From NCBI GenBank assembly GCA_965644495.1, contig CBFFSA010000061.1, positions 1-46,800 of the forward strand: a stretch of DNA of 46,800 nt, in the 5' to 3' direction. The translations under genes were made by a program, and so were the position numbers. Positions within the stretch are counted from its first letter, which is position 1; every line of letters begins with the position of its first letter. The notes beneath the pieces were generated by a model. It did not search any database. It saw only the letters and a program-made list of their open reading frames with translations, and had not been told where the DNA came from. This stretch comes from Perkinsela sp. CCAP 1560/9. Taxonomy: Eukaryota > Protista > Euglenozoa: Kinetoplastea. Shown in pieces: positions 1 through 10,630 of this stretch.

Positions 1-156
1 CTGGACCCCCCCCCTGGACCCCCCTCCTGGACCCCCCCCCTGGACCCCCCCCTGGACCCCCCCCTGGACCCCCCCCCTGGACCCCCCCCCTGGACCCCCC
101 CCCTGGACCCCCCCCCTGGACCCCCCCCCCTGGACCCCTCCCCTGGACCCCCCCCT
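1..156. repeat. Tandem repeat (CTGGAC + C-run)n, expanded internal repeat of a dispersed element family
   Basis: About 12 units of ~13 bp with no spacers. The same motif recurs near 15150-15190 and 21340 and inverted near 25860, next to shared family sequence. Confidence 0.85.
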
Positions 157-1116
157 ACGTATTGGGTAGAGAATGCGACTCCAACCACACCATTCTTTCG
201 ACCCAAAAAGGCCCCTTTTATAAATTTTTCTTCTATTATATTACTGTGTTCCTCTTTATATTTTCACTTTTTTTTTACAATAATCGAGGGTAGAGCGGTA
301 GTTTTACAACCACCGTAATTCATCTTAAGTAGAATAAAAGAAAAAATTCTTTGGTTTAGAAAAAAATTAAGAAATAACGTTCGATTAATTTCTGATTTAT
401 AACAATTAATGATCCCGCATAAACTAAATTTTTATAACTCGAAATCCATTTATATAAATTAATGAGAGAGGGAGTAATTTTTTTTCCCCCGCAGTAATAT
501 TGCAGAAATCTGAAGTTACCCAGTAGTGTTGTTTTGCGTCGCCGTGCTTTCGTTTATGCCGCTGACAAGTACACCTATTGTTTACATTAAACACAAATTT
601 TATTACAGCAAAAACCAAAACATTTAGTCACCCCCTCATTTCCTCCTGCTTAACACACTTTTTAGCACAATTTCCCCCCTCTTTCTCCTTTTCTCCTTTC
701 GATTCCCCCCAACCTACAAACCTTTACCCCCCCTTTTTTAGCCTTAAAACAACTTGGCATCTTAAAAAAGGTCTTAAAAAAGGTCTCTCTTAAAGGGAGG
801 TCTTTATCCGACCTCCCTTTAATGTACAGTGCGGGATTTACCGGTGAAACGGTTATTAAGGATAAAAGTAATTAAGGCAGAACCGATTTAAAAATTAATT
901 ATTGCCTTAATTAAAGTGGCGCTGATAAAAGCCCGAAACAGTCTTTATTTAAATATTGTAGTTTGTAGCATAAATATCAAATTTCTGCTAAAAGTGTTCA
1001 ATTCTTGATCATTTTTCATGTTTTTCGAACTTTTCTAGACGACCTTCGCCTGTTTCGCCTACCTTTACGGTCTTCAACCAGTTCAACGTGTGAGAGAAAA
1101 CCTAAAACGACCATTA

Positions 1117-1295
1117 AACTCAGGCTGAGGTGGACGACGGAGATACCAATAGTACTGGTGCGGCAGTTTTCTACAGAAAGAACGGCATCTCCACCTTTGC
1201 ATGCGCCTGTGTTCATGCCATAAGGGACATTTTTCCTGTGGGAAACTGCCGCATCTGTACAATTGGTATCACCCTCGTCCACTTTGGCCTGGGTT
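1117..1295. repeat. Degenerate foldback/MITE-like palindrome
   Basis: Arms caggctgaggtggacgacggagataccaat... and ...attggtatcaccctcgtccactttggcctg. The ends resemble the palindrome at 13715-13905. Confidence 0.65.
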
Positions 1296-1572
1296 ACATA
1301 CAGTGGTCGTCAGCGTAGCATGACCCCGTTTTACTTATCTGTTTTTACTCATTTTTGTTGTGAGAGCTTGTGTTGGATATTAAAAATTTCCTGTTTTGCA
1401 CCTATCGCAGAAAAGTGAAAAGAAAGGATGAAGGAAGAAGGAAGAAAATTATTAAAGTAGTAACAAATCGTCTTAAAAACCCTACATCCCTTTAATGTAA
1501 CTATCATGCAAATCACAAAAAAACGTCTTAAACCAAACCTACATCCCTTTTGTTCTCCCCACCCCTTTTCCC

Positions 1573-3810
1573 ATGTCCTTTTCTCTGGACCCCCACAACC
1601 CCTGCACCGTCACCACCCAGGGCTTCCCCCTCGATCTCCCGAAATGTCTCCCTAAGCTGTACGCCGCACTCGCGGGTCGTATTCTAAAGAATGACGGGAT
1701 GAGTAGCCCAAATAACGGGAATGAAACCCATAAGAACGAAAACTATCCCACGAAACCACAAAGTGTTTTAGGGGAGGATAAGATTTCCTCTTCTTCTTTC
1801 ACCCCTCCCTATCTCCCTTCCTTGTTGGATTTACAACTTGGGGAGAATGGGAAAAAAGCCTTGCTGCTTTTTACCAATGAAACGGAGGCTCGGGTGGCCG
1901 CAGACGCCCTTCACGGGGTTGAGGGGTGGAGTGCGTGCCAAGGGGGGCAGGAGAGGAGCAAGGGAGGGGCAGGAGCAGGAGCAGGGAGAGGGGTGGTGGT
2001 GCCACCAAGTTTGATGAGCGCCTCAGTAGCTGCCGCGGAGGGGGTTTCGAGTTCTTCGTTTTCGACAGTGAAGGCTTCGTCGGCGTGTTCTTCGTCGTCT
2101 TCGCCCGCAGGCGTGCACGATGTTTCGGGTTCAGCGCATAAAAGTAGCCGAGCGGGGGAGGATAACACACATGGGCGTAGTAATAAGTATGGAAAAGAGG
2201 AGAAAAAAGAATTTAAGCCGGCGGGCTGGAAGAAGTCGACGAAGGCAGTGGATGAAAACGAGAACCGAATCGATGAGAGGAATACATTGGAAGCCGAAAA
2301 ACAAGGTTCAGGTGCTACACATGCGGCGCACAAAGAGGAGTTACCTAGAAAATACCCACTACGTTCCCAAACCCCTCGTGAGGCTCCACAGCCGATTGAC
2401 ATGGCACCGCGTGAAAATAAAAACACTCATTCATCAGCTACCTTGACGCAACCCAACGCTTCGCAAAACAAGCCCGTTTTACCGGAAAATAGCACACTCC
2501 CTTCACGTAAACGAGGCAGTGCCACTCACCCCGAAGCCACCCATGAAAAAGCAAAACTACGAAAACCCGAACACACCCCTGCGTATGCAAAAGAGGCCAG
2601 CGAAACAGCCTCTGCGCACCCCTTTGAAAAGAGCCCACAAAAACAACACACCCATGCAAAAAAATCGCCCTTATCCCATCCCGCGGGCGCACCGGAGTCC
2701 GCCCCCTCCCCTGCTTTAGCGAAAGCTCCATTTCCAGCCCCACACCGCAGCCATAAAGATAAAGAGAAAGAAGTTTTGAATAACACAAATAAAGAAAAAG
2801 CAGAGCACCAAAAAAAAGCAGAACAAATAAAGGATGAAGCCTCGACGCCATCCCCGATGGAAACTTTGAATAACACAGAAAAAGAAATAAACCTAAAAAA
2901 AGATAAAACCAAAACAGAAAAGCCGATGACTGAAAAAGCAAATGCAGAGGTTATTGCTGAACGGTTACGGAGTAAAAAGAAGGTGGAGAGTGTCTTATCT
3001 CCGATGGCTGAAAAAGCACAACCCCATGCGGGAGTCGTCGCCCAGAACTCAAATGCTGGATTCTTAGCCCACAAAAACAGCGCGGATCACGTCGCCCATG
3101 AGAAGCTAAAGAACTTTGAGAAATCGCTGTCCCCAGTGCCTGCGGTCTCCTCCGGTTTTTTCTCTTCATCTTCCGCGTCCTGCCGGGTTCGTGTCTCCCC
3201 GTTGCCATTGTATGTCACCGAGGAGGTGTTGGGGGATCGTCTCGAGGCGAGTGAGATTGTGCCTTTAAAGTTTAGAATAGAAGCAGAATCGGTTGTGGAG
3301 AAGAAAGCACAAAAACAGGAAGATATAAAACCTAAAGATGAAAAAGGAAAAACAAGAGAAGAAGAAGAAGAAAAGAACATGGGAAATAAACCGGAAACCT
3401 CCCCAGTACGGTTTGCGTTGTTGTTCTTTTCAAATGTCACCGATGCGAGGAATGCGATTTTGGGGATTCATCAGAAATGGAAATTCAAGGGTGTGCCTTG
3501 TGTGGCGCAGCTGGAGGAGAAAACGGTAGAGGAGAGGGATTGGGAGGCCGCGCTCTCGGTGGTGGGAAAACCGGAACACGCGGTTGTGGTGACGGGGTGG
3601 ACAAACTTTGCGTGTACCGAATTGCTGCTATTTAAACTGTTTTCTCCTCTCGGGGCGTTGCTTGGGGCTCATGTGCTGAGCCTGCAGAAAGGGATGGTTG
3701 AGTTTCGAAATGAAACAGAGGCCACGGCGGCGATCGCCTTTTCTACGACCCAAGGGTTTTTTATTAACCAGGAGCGCCTGTGGGCGTCGCGGTTGGTGCC
3801 ACCGGAGTAG
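1573..3810 (+). CDS. Putative RNA-binding protein with divergent RRM-like domains and a long low-complexity linker
   Basis: 745-aa intronless ORF. RRM-like patterns: ALLLFTNETEARVAADAL; RVRVSPLPLYVTEEVL...FALLFFSNVTDARNAI; VVVTGW...LFKLFSPLG...GMVEFRNETEATAAI. A pyrimidine tract precedes the ATG. Confidence 0.7.
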   Translation: MSFSLDPHNPCTVTTQGFPLDLPKCLPKLYAALAGRILKNDGMSSPNNGNETHKNENYPTKPQSVLGEDKISSSSFTPPYLPSLLDLQLGENGKKALLLFTNETEARVAADALHGVEGWSACQGGQERSKGGAGAGAGRGVVVPPSLMSASVAAAEGVSSSSFSTVKASSACSSSSSPAGVHDVSGSAHKSSRAGEDNTHGRSNKYGKEEKKEFKPAGWKKSTKAVDENENRIDERNTLEAEKQGSGATHAAHKEELPRKYPLRSQTPREAPQPIDMAPRENKNTHSSATLTQPNASQNKPVLPENSTLPSRKRGSATHPEATHEKAKLRKPEHTPAYAKEASETASAHPFEKSPQKQHTHAKKSPLSHPAGAPESAPSPALAKAPFPAPHRSHKDKEKEVLNNTNKEKAEHQKKAEQIKDEASTPSPMETLNNTEKEINLKKDKTKTEKPMTEKANAEVIAERLRSKKKVESVLSPMAEKAQPHAGVVAQNSNAGFLAHKNSADHVAHEKLKNFEKSLSPVPAVSSGFFSSSSASCRVRVSPLPLYVTEEVLGDRLEASEIVPLKFRIEAESVVEKKAQKQEDIKPKDEKGKTREEEEEKNMGNKPETSPVRFALLFFSNVTDARNAILGIHQKWKFKGVPCVAQLEEKTVEERDWEAALSVVGKPEHAVVVTGWTNFACTELLLFKLFSPLGALLGAHVLSLQKGMVEFRNETEATAAIAFSTTQGFFINQERLWASRLVPPE

Positions 3811-5218
3811 GGCTGAGAACGATTAGGGGAGATAGCGGAACATCACAGGATGCGTCGGAGATTTAATACGTGTGGACCACGTATTAATTTTTTTTTGAGT
3901 TTGTACTATATGATGATGAAATAAAGTGGTAAAGGTATTAGCGTTCATATTATACTTACCTTGCGCGCTTGTTGTTTTTCTTATTGTTTTTTCTTGTACT
4001 GTAAGTATGTCATTGTACTTTTTATCGATAAAGAATGTGAAAGCTAAGAACCTTTTTTAAAAGCATTTTATTGCACAACTAATATACCTAGCATTTGCAG
4101 GCTCTCATACAGTTTCAAAAGGTAGCATTAAATAGCCTTCCATAGAAAGATCAAAAACATCTTTAGACATAAACTATTGATTCCGACATTCGGCTACCAA
4201 CTCTCTTGTATTCCTATTCAAAATACTTGCTATTCTCCCGAATGCTAGAACATCAGCCTCTCTCTGTTTTCATAGCCTCGGATACATTACCTCTTCTGCC
4301 ATCCAAAGTAGCGCGAGCCACTCTACCGCAAGAATACGATTTAGTGCGACTGATACAAAACGTGAAAAATCATCACCGCTCTTGGGACGCAAATACGCCT
4401 GCATGCGAATGGAGGGGGACCGTTTGTGATGCTCAGAATGTAGTAGAAATAGGATGGAAACTGAGTGATTTACATGGTGAGTTAAATTGGAAATATTTGC
4501 CTCAAGAATTGCAAATCTTGTCGTTACATACGAATGCTTTATCGGGTGAAGTTCCCTTTGATCAACTGCCTTCGACAATGTTGCACCTTTGTCTGTTTTT
4601 TAACAAGTTCATGGGAACACCAAATTTTCTTTTTTTACCACCCCGCCTCAGCTATCTATCCATTAGTATGAATCAATTTGATGGCCAAGCAAATTTCTCG
4701 TCACTTCCAACAACTTTAAACTATTTGTATGTCAGAGACAACGAAGGGCTCAGTGGAACACTCCCAATCGAATCCATGTCGAGGGTCGGGTTTAGTTAGA
4801 GGGTTGAAACATCCCCAGCCGCACCCACCCGCACCCAGCCGCACCCACCCGCACCCAGTGCATCTTCAACGGCAAAGACTTAGCGAAATTTGGGAGATCC
4901 AGAAGGAACCCCGAAGGTTCGGGGTAATACTCCCCGAGAGGGATGACTTTTTTTTTCAGTCAATTTGTACGTGTGCTTCACCATACGCGTTTTTTTTGCA
5001 GAATGCAACCCAAAAGAAAGTGCGAACTGTGCAGACTAAAAACCTTTCACAAAATGAATACATGTATATCCCTTATATCCTTACATTGACATATAAAATT
5101 TAAGAAAATAATTTGGCATTGTCCATTTTTTCCCGCGCAAGATCCTTCTTTCTCTGCTTTGACTTCATTTGCTTCAAAGCGCTCTCCTCAGCTCGCTTCT
5201 GACGCATCTCTGCCTGCG

Positions 5219-6211
5219 TCAACTTTCTGTACGTCTTACTTCCTTTGCGTCCATGAGCAGGGCTTTTTCCAATTTTTGTGACACCAGTGCGCTGTAAATT
5301 TTGTTTACCTCTTCTCGGTACTCTCGTATATCATCTTTATCTTTTTTGTCACCTTTCTGAAAATGACAAGAGCAAAAGTCTCGAGAAGCCCATTCTCTAA
5401 CGACGGAATGCGTGGAATCCAAAGATTCTACGGAGTCGTCGTACAGTGTTACCTGGTGAACTTTCCAGTGCGTACACTCTGCATTCCAGAGCAACCCGAA
5501 AGCAGATCTTGCAAAATCTTTCCGATGCTGATTATAGTGCAGCAACTTGTGCTGATCCATATGGGCAAAAAACCTTTCTACACGGTTTCTTATCCGGCGA
5601 AACTCCATATCAAATGTTTCGTCAATTGCAGGACCAACTTCTTGGCAAAAGCAATGACGGTTATCGATATATGCCTTGTCTGCTATTATCATTTCATCAC
5701 GGCGATGCATGAAACTAGGTATGTCAGATTGGGCTAAGCATTCGCTGTCATGAATCCGACCCTCGAAAGGTCCACTCCAGGCCAAAGGGCAACCGTCCAT
5801 CATGAGAAGAACTTGAAATGTCCAATACTTCGCGGCCTTTTTCGCGTTATATAATTCACTGGGCCCACGGCTGTACATGGGGACGCCGTCGAGTATACTC
5901 AACACCATGCAAAATGCTTTTTCTCGGATAGAAAATCTTCTCTCTGTGTCGGCCAGATTGCCAGCCTCATCAGAAAGCTTCAAGGCCGGCTGAATAAATT
6001 TTTTCCATATATGGGGTGCTGAATAATGGCCCCCCACATAAGGAATGAGAAGAGCCGCTGCTTGTTCATGGGTCAGATTCAAATGAAGCATTGCCAGAGC
6101 GCAGAACACGTCAAGCGTGGGGCTTTTTAAAGATATGCTCAGCTCTACAACCACATCAGAACAATACCCGGTAAAAGCGTGTGAAACGTCTTTCCAGGGA
6201 AGAAGTATCAT
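5219..6211 (-). CDS. Harbinger/IS5-like DDE transposase (DDE_Tnp_4 type)
   Basis: Motifs ILDGVP, GRIHDS, IIADKAY and RIRNRVERFFAHM; lies inside the TIR/TTA-bounded element. Confidence 0.88.
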   Translation of the reverse strand: MILLPWKDVSHAFTGYCSDVVVELSISLKSPTLDVFCALAMLHLNLTHEQAAALLIPYVGGHYSAPHIWKKFIQPALKLSDEAGNLADTERRFSIREKAFCMVLSILDGVPMYSRGPSELYNAKKAAKYWTFQVLLMMDGCPLAWSGPFEGRIHDSECLAQSDIPSFMHRRDEMIIADKAYIDNRHCFCQEVGPAIDETFDMEFRRIRNRVERFFAHMDQHKLLHYNQHRKDFARSAFGLLWNAECTHWKVHQVTLYDDSVESLDSTHSVVREWASRDFCSCHFQKGDKKDKDDIREYREEVNKIYSALVSQKLEKALLMDAKEVRRTES

Positions 6212-6413
6212 ATCGAGAAGTTGAAAATGAGAAAAGTAACTCTGTTGTCATTCAAAAGTTTAGTGATTTCTGCTCAATATTTTCTGCTTTACTGACAGTA
6301 ACTAGCGTTTCATATTCTGTACTTTGGCTTCAATATTCTTACTACTTCAGACTTCCAAATCCAAACTTACTACTTCATCCAAATTTTCTTTATTTAATAA
6401 AGAAACAATCGGG

Positions 6414-6980
6414 TTATCGTAAACCCGACTGATCATACAACTTACTCTTTCCTGTCGTCTTGGTTTTAGACTCTTCGCTTTCTGCGATCCGGGATTTCGC
6501 AATTACTGCTTGTTTCAGTAATGCGATCTGGGCTCTCATGTCGTCTGTCTCGCGACGATGAGAAAGTTGAGCCTCAGTTAATCTTTCAACCTTGGCTTCA
6601 AGACGGCTAGTCACCGCTTGCAACTTTTCTACTTCAGCGAGCGCCTTTGCTGCCTCGGTCTGACTTACAGAAACCGCGCCGCGTAGAAGTCGATTTTGTT
6701 CTCGATGTCTTTTCGACGCCGCAACGGTCTCTCCACGAAACCCTCGCCAAAAAGTTCGAAACCATTCTGCAATGGTCTCTTGGCCTTTGCGGGATGGCTC
6801 ATACAACCCTGGGTAGGCTTTCGCCAGGAAGGCACCTAGGTTTTGCGAGAGTACATCTGTGGGGAGCTCGATGGAGGGGAGTGACCATTGATCCCCGTGT
6901 TTCCACGGCCAATAACTTGGCATCTCTTCCTCTCGAACACCATTTAGCACGTTGCATTTGGCGTCGGAAAAGAACAACAA
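6414..6980 (-). CDS. Second (accessory) ORF of the Harbinger element, coiled-coil protein
   Basis: 188 aa, tandem with the transposase inside the TIRs; Trp-rich N-terminal half and heptad-like C-terminal half. Start codon uncertain. Confidence 0.6.
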   Translation of the reverse strand: MLFFSDAKCNVLNGVREEEMPSYWPWKHGDQWSLPSIELPTDVLSQNLGAFLAKAYPGLYEPSRKGQETIAEWFRTFWRGFRGETVAASKRHREQNRLLRGAVSVSQTEAAKALAEVEKLQAVTSRLEAKVERLTEAQLSHRRETDDMRAQIALLKQAVIAKSRIAESEESKTKTTGKSKLYDQSGLR

Positions 6981-7322
6981 GCCTACCTGGCGATATTTTG
7001 CAAAGAGGATGATACCCTCGAGAAATGAAAAAAATTCACCCCTCCTCTAACTCAGCCGCACCCGGACGCACCCAGACGCACCCACCTGTTTCAACCCTCT
7101 TACAGTATTACAGGGACGCAGATTAAGGTGCATTACACCAACAGTGGATGAGAAAAGCACGAAATGGAAGAATTTTCCCGTTATCCTCGAAAATACAAAT
7201 AGCCGTGCATAGTTGATCATTTTTTTATGACGCCTGTCAACTTCAAATATTGTTTTACCCGTCGATTATCTGATTTACCCATTGCCTTAGCACTTCATTT
7301 ATTTTCTTCTACTATCGATTTC

Positions 7323-8225
7323 ATGGTACCAATTCTACATTTTTCGGACGAAGCGAAGCAACCAAATCGGTATGGATTACGGCTTAGCGACAAAGACTCA
7401 TCCGGTGCCAAAACATTAAGCGCTCATACGGCGCGTACACAGTCTCGCCCATCAAAGATAGGAAAGATAAACTTACCGCTAGAATTCGATCTTCTTCGAA
7501 TGTTAAGCAATGTTACTGCTAGCTTTCAAGGTTACGACTGTCCCATAAAGTCCTGGAATGAATACACGCCAGCCTGTGAGTGGGAATACTTCAGGTGTAA
7601 TTCACACGGTCAAGTGAACAGTCTCGAAGTTAGGGGAAACGAAAAGTTACGGGGTACCTTGCAGTGGGCATACATGCCCCAAACGTTCGAGTCCTTTTAT
7701 ATAGCGCGCCATGACCTGCAGGGGAGTATACCTTTGGAACATCTATCACGGGAGATGAAAGATTTTGATGTCAGCCATAACGCCTTCAATGGAGAATTGG
7801 ATTTTCCACAGCTTCCTATAACGCTGGAGAAGCTTCGGTTAGGGGGGAACATGTTTGAGGGTACGCTTGATTTAACGAACCTTCCTATAGGCCTTACCGA
7901 GCTTCAGGCGAACAGCAACAAATTTTCCGGAAGTGTTTGCCTGAGTACTTTGCCTCCACAACTTAGAATGCTTGACCTTAGTGAAAACGCTTTTACCGGC
8001 ACCCCGGATTTATGTTCTTTCCCACCTTGTCTTCGAAAAGTATTTCTAAATGACAACGACTTCGATGGTTGCGCTCAATTTGATTTCCTTCATGAAGGAT
8101 TGCATGTGCTTCAGCTCTATAACAACCCGAATCTTTGTGGTCGAATAAATATGTCATTTCTGCCCACAAAATTGAGTATCTTTTCGATTCCGCACTACGA
8201 CACGAACATTCAACATGGATATTAG
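7323..8225 (+). CDS. LRR protein locus 2 (Cys cap + 24-aa LRRs)
   Basis: The ORF opens at 7227; ATG 7323 (MVPILHFSD) matches the family N-terminus. LPxxLxxLxLxxNxFxG repeats. Confidence 0.9.
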   Translation: MVPILHFSDEAKQPNRYGLRLSDKDSSGAKTLSAHTARTQSRPSKIGKINLPLEFDLLRMLSNVTASFQGYDCPIKSWNEYTPACEWEYFRCNSHGQVNSLEVRGNEKLRGTLQWAYMPQTFESFYIARHDLQGSIPLEHLSREMKDFDVSHNAFNGELDFPQLPITLEKLRLGGNMFEGTLDLTNLPIGLTELQANSNKFSGSVCLSTLPPQLRMLDLSENAFTGTPDLCSFPPCLRKVFLNDNDFDGCAQFDFLHEGLHVLQLYNNPNLCGRINMSFLPTKLSIFSIPHYDTNIQHGY

Positions 8226-8429
8226 TTTTTCGGAGGAGAGAGGAGGAGAATAAATTGTATTTCTAGCAAACCGCGCTTTGTATTTGTCCCGGTGAAATAG
8301 CGAGCTACAGATGCAAGCCACATGTATAAACTACAGACACAATACACGGCCACGGTCGCGGTAACGAAGAATCATAAGAGAATAAAGGTATTTCACAAGG
8401 TTTTTTGCGCTGCTGAGCGACGAAAAGTA

Positions 8430-8764
8430 CCGTCAAAGTACTTATTAACAATATTAATAATTAACGGAACGTCTTTTTGGGCAGAAATTATTCCGTTCAT
8501 TATTATTCCAATGATTTTTACTAAATTTCTACAAAACTTTAAGCGTCAAGAGAAGCGGTCTGCCGATACGTCTTAATCGATTCATCTTTTCGCGGTAACG
8601 TCGCTTTTTTTCTTCAGGAGAGAAATACGTCGAATTTTGTTGATAAACAGACCGCCCACTGACTAAAATTTTTGGGAAGATTTTGGTGAAAATCTAAAAA
8701 AATATAATTATTCCGTTAATTATTATTCCAATAATTTTTATTCTGTTAATAAGTACTTTGACGG
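8430..8764. mobile_element. Tc1/mariner-pogo-type MITE
   Basis: TIR CCGTCAAAGTACTTATTAACA / TGTTAATAAGTACTTTGACGG, flanked by TA on both sides. Confidence 0.85.
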
Positions 8765-9814
8765 TATAACGAAAGTATAACAGAAATATCTTTTTTGACG
8801 TAACGATACAGGGGTGAACAGAAATCTTGCCCCCCCCCCTGCGGAAAATTGATTGTTTTTATCCGTTTTTGCTCATCTTTGTAGCATTGCGGAGATCTCG
8901 TTTTCCTAGAGAAGGGCTTTGCCACCTTTTTTCATAGTGACCCCCTGGTGCTCATACGGCGACCCGAAAATCGACCAAAAACAACTCAAATTTTGAAAAT
9001 TACGTGAGAAAATGCAGAAAATACCGATCAGTAAGAACTAATACGTGATCTAAACTTTGTAGATTAGTACCCAGAATGTCCGCCGTCATTTTCTAATACT
9101 ATTCGTTTTTTTTTTGGATTTAGGGTTTGTAGGTCTTGTTTTCATAGTTTCACAAAAGGGTAAAATGTACGTGAGGGATAAAAATTTGCTAAAATCATGT
9201 TTTTTATCCCAGGAGAGCTCTAAGGAGCCATTAAGAAAGAAATGCAGCAAGACTATTCGCCATGAGAACGAGATTCATCAAACATTTTAGAAAAACTTTG
9301 GTCCTTTTCTGCTAACTTTTTAATATTCCTATACCTCGTAATATTCCTATACCCTCTTAATATTCCTACCAGGAATATTAACCCGGACAGTGGTTTAAAA
9401 TAACCAATAAGAAACTTTTATGTTGCAATTTTAAAGTAGGCAACATTTTACCGGGCCGCTGTTGTTCGTGTGCTGTCCACTATTGTTGGAGGTACTGAAT
9501 ACCAGCGAGATTCGGTTTTCCGAGACCATTAATTTTTCGTGGATGTCTGCCTCCCTGAAGTTAGGAAACCGCCTATCAAGTTAGAGAATGGGTGATTTTC
9601 CGAATAACTTGCTCTGTCAAACACATTTGTGACAGTTTGTTCTTTGATTCGAAGGAGAATACGTTTCTCCGTATTTTTCAAAGCAACCCAATCGTAAACC
9701 ACGTAAAATAGAAAAGAATTCAAATTTATCATAATTAGCGGACACCCGCGTTCCTCCTTGTTCCGCGGAGGATAGTATCGCGGCGTTGCCTTTCTGAACA
9801 GCAACATTAATAGC

Positions 9815-10510
9815 TTATAGTGCATGACGCAGGAAACCTTTCCTGTCCTGCGTATACCTTGCGATCTCCTTTAGGAGGAGTACGGTGCGCTTCCCTGTCA
9901 CACCAAAAACGGTAAATGCAAGGGGGTAGAAATGCATATACCTTTTCGTCGCCATGTCACTGTGCGCTTTTTCTTTTAAGCTTTCCACCCTTTCTAGAGT
10001 GTTGCCAGGCGCTACCCATTCGGCCTTAACATAAGAAGGGGCGAGGGGGTTAACGACGGTTACGTCCACCAGACATACCTTCCCTCCCGGCATAAAGCAG
10101 ACGTCGGGGCCCCGACCATCGGAGAATCGGGGGTCATGGTTGTCTGGAGTGAATTCAAATCAAATGCTCTCCTCATGCAGCGGAGAGGTTTCCTTCTCTA
10201 TTTCGGCATGGGAGCGTAAGTTAAGATACTCCCCCTCTCATTAATAATTATAATTATAATTTATAAACCTTTTTAGTTTATAATTATAATTATAGCTTAT
10301 AATTATAATTATAAACTATAACCATAATTATAAACTATAACTGTAAAAAGGTTTATAGATTATAATTATAATTATTAATGAGAGGGGGAGTAGTGTTATT
10401 GGGAATGAAAAACTGGAGGGGCGTTGCATGTGCAGGAAGTGGTAAAGGGTTTGAGGTACGATGTGAGGGAGAGGCGCATTCTTGTTAAAGCCGGCAGGGG
10501 GTCGCTGTAC
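9815..10510 (-). pseudogene. CRE-clade non-LTR retrotransposon 3' remnant (Zn knuckle + restriction-like endonuclease)
   Basis: Minus-strand translation RMRLSL...CTC, then DGRGPDV...LVDVTVVNPLAPSY...VESLKEKAH...FYPLAFTVFGVTG. Interrupted by a MITE. Confidence 0.75.
10229..10390. mobile_element. AT-rich MITE (162 bp) with TA TSD
   Basis: ~45-bp TIR starting CTCCCCCTCTCATTAATAATTATAATT; TA at 10227-10228 and 10391-10392. Confidence 0.88.
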
Positions 10511-10630
10511 GCAAACCACTGCAATATTAATAAAGGAATTTTTTGTCGTAGGCGCATTACTTCGTTTCTTAATTCCTATTGCCCAGTATATTTTCGTGTG
10601 GCGTATCCATTTATTTTTACTGTCCATTTC

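Larger units (their letters stand above)
4799..7099 (-). mobile_element. PIF/Harbinger DNA transposon, apparently complete (2301 bp)
   Basis: TIR GAGGGTTGAAACA / TGTTTCAACCCTC; TTA TSD at 4796-4798 and 7100-7102; subterminal (cgcaccca) repeats at both ends; two internal ORFs. Confidence 0.92.
4242..7151 (+). pseudogene. LRR locus 1, C-terminus interrupted by a Harbinger element (segments 4242-4798 and 7103-7151)
   Basis: LPQEYDL motif, WxxxxPACEWRGTVC cap and 24-aa LRRs. Removing the element and one TTA restores ...GFSYSITGTQIKVHYTNSG*, which resembles paralog C-termini. Confidence 0.85.

Noticed and set aside
1-156. Possible CRISPR array or telomeric repeat
   Set aside because: No unique spacers or cas genes. 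Unit length varies only in the C-run, and the motif recurs inside dispersed elements.
1871-3529. Several overlapping or antisense ORFs within the 745-aa gene, and similar shadow ORFs over LRR genes
   Set aside because: They are shadow frames of real coding sequence with no independent motifs.
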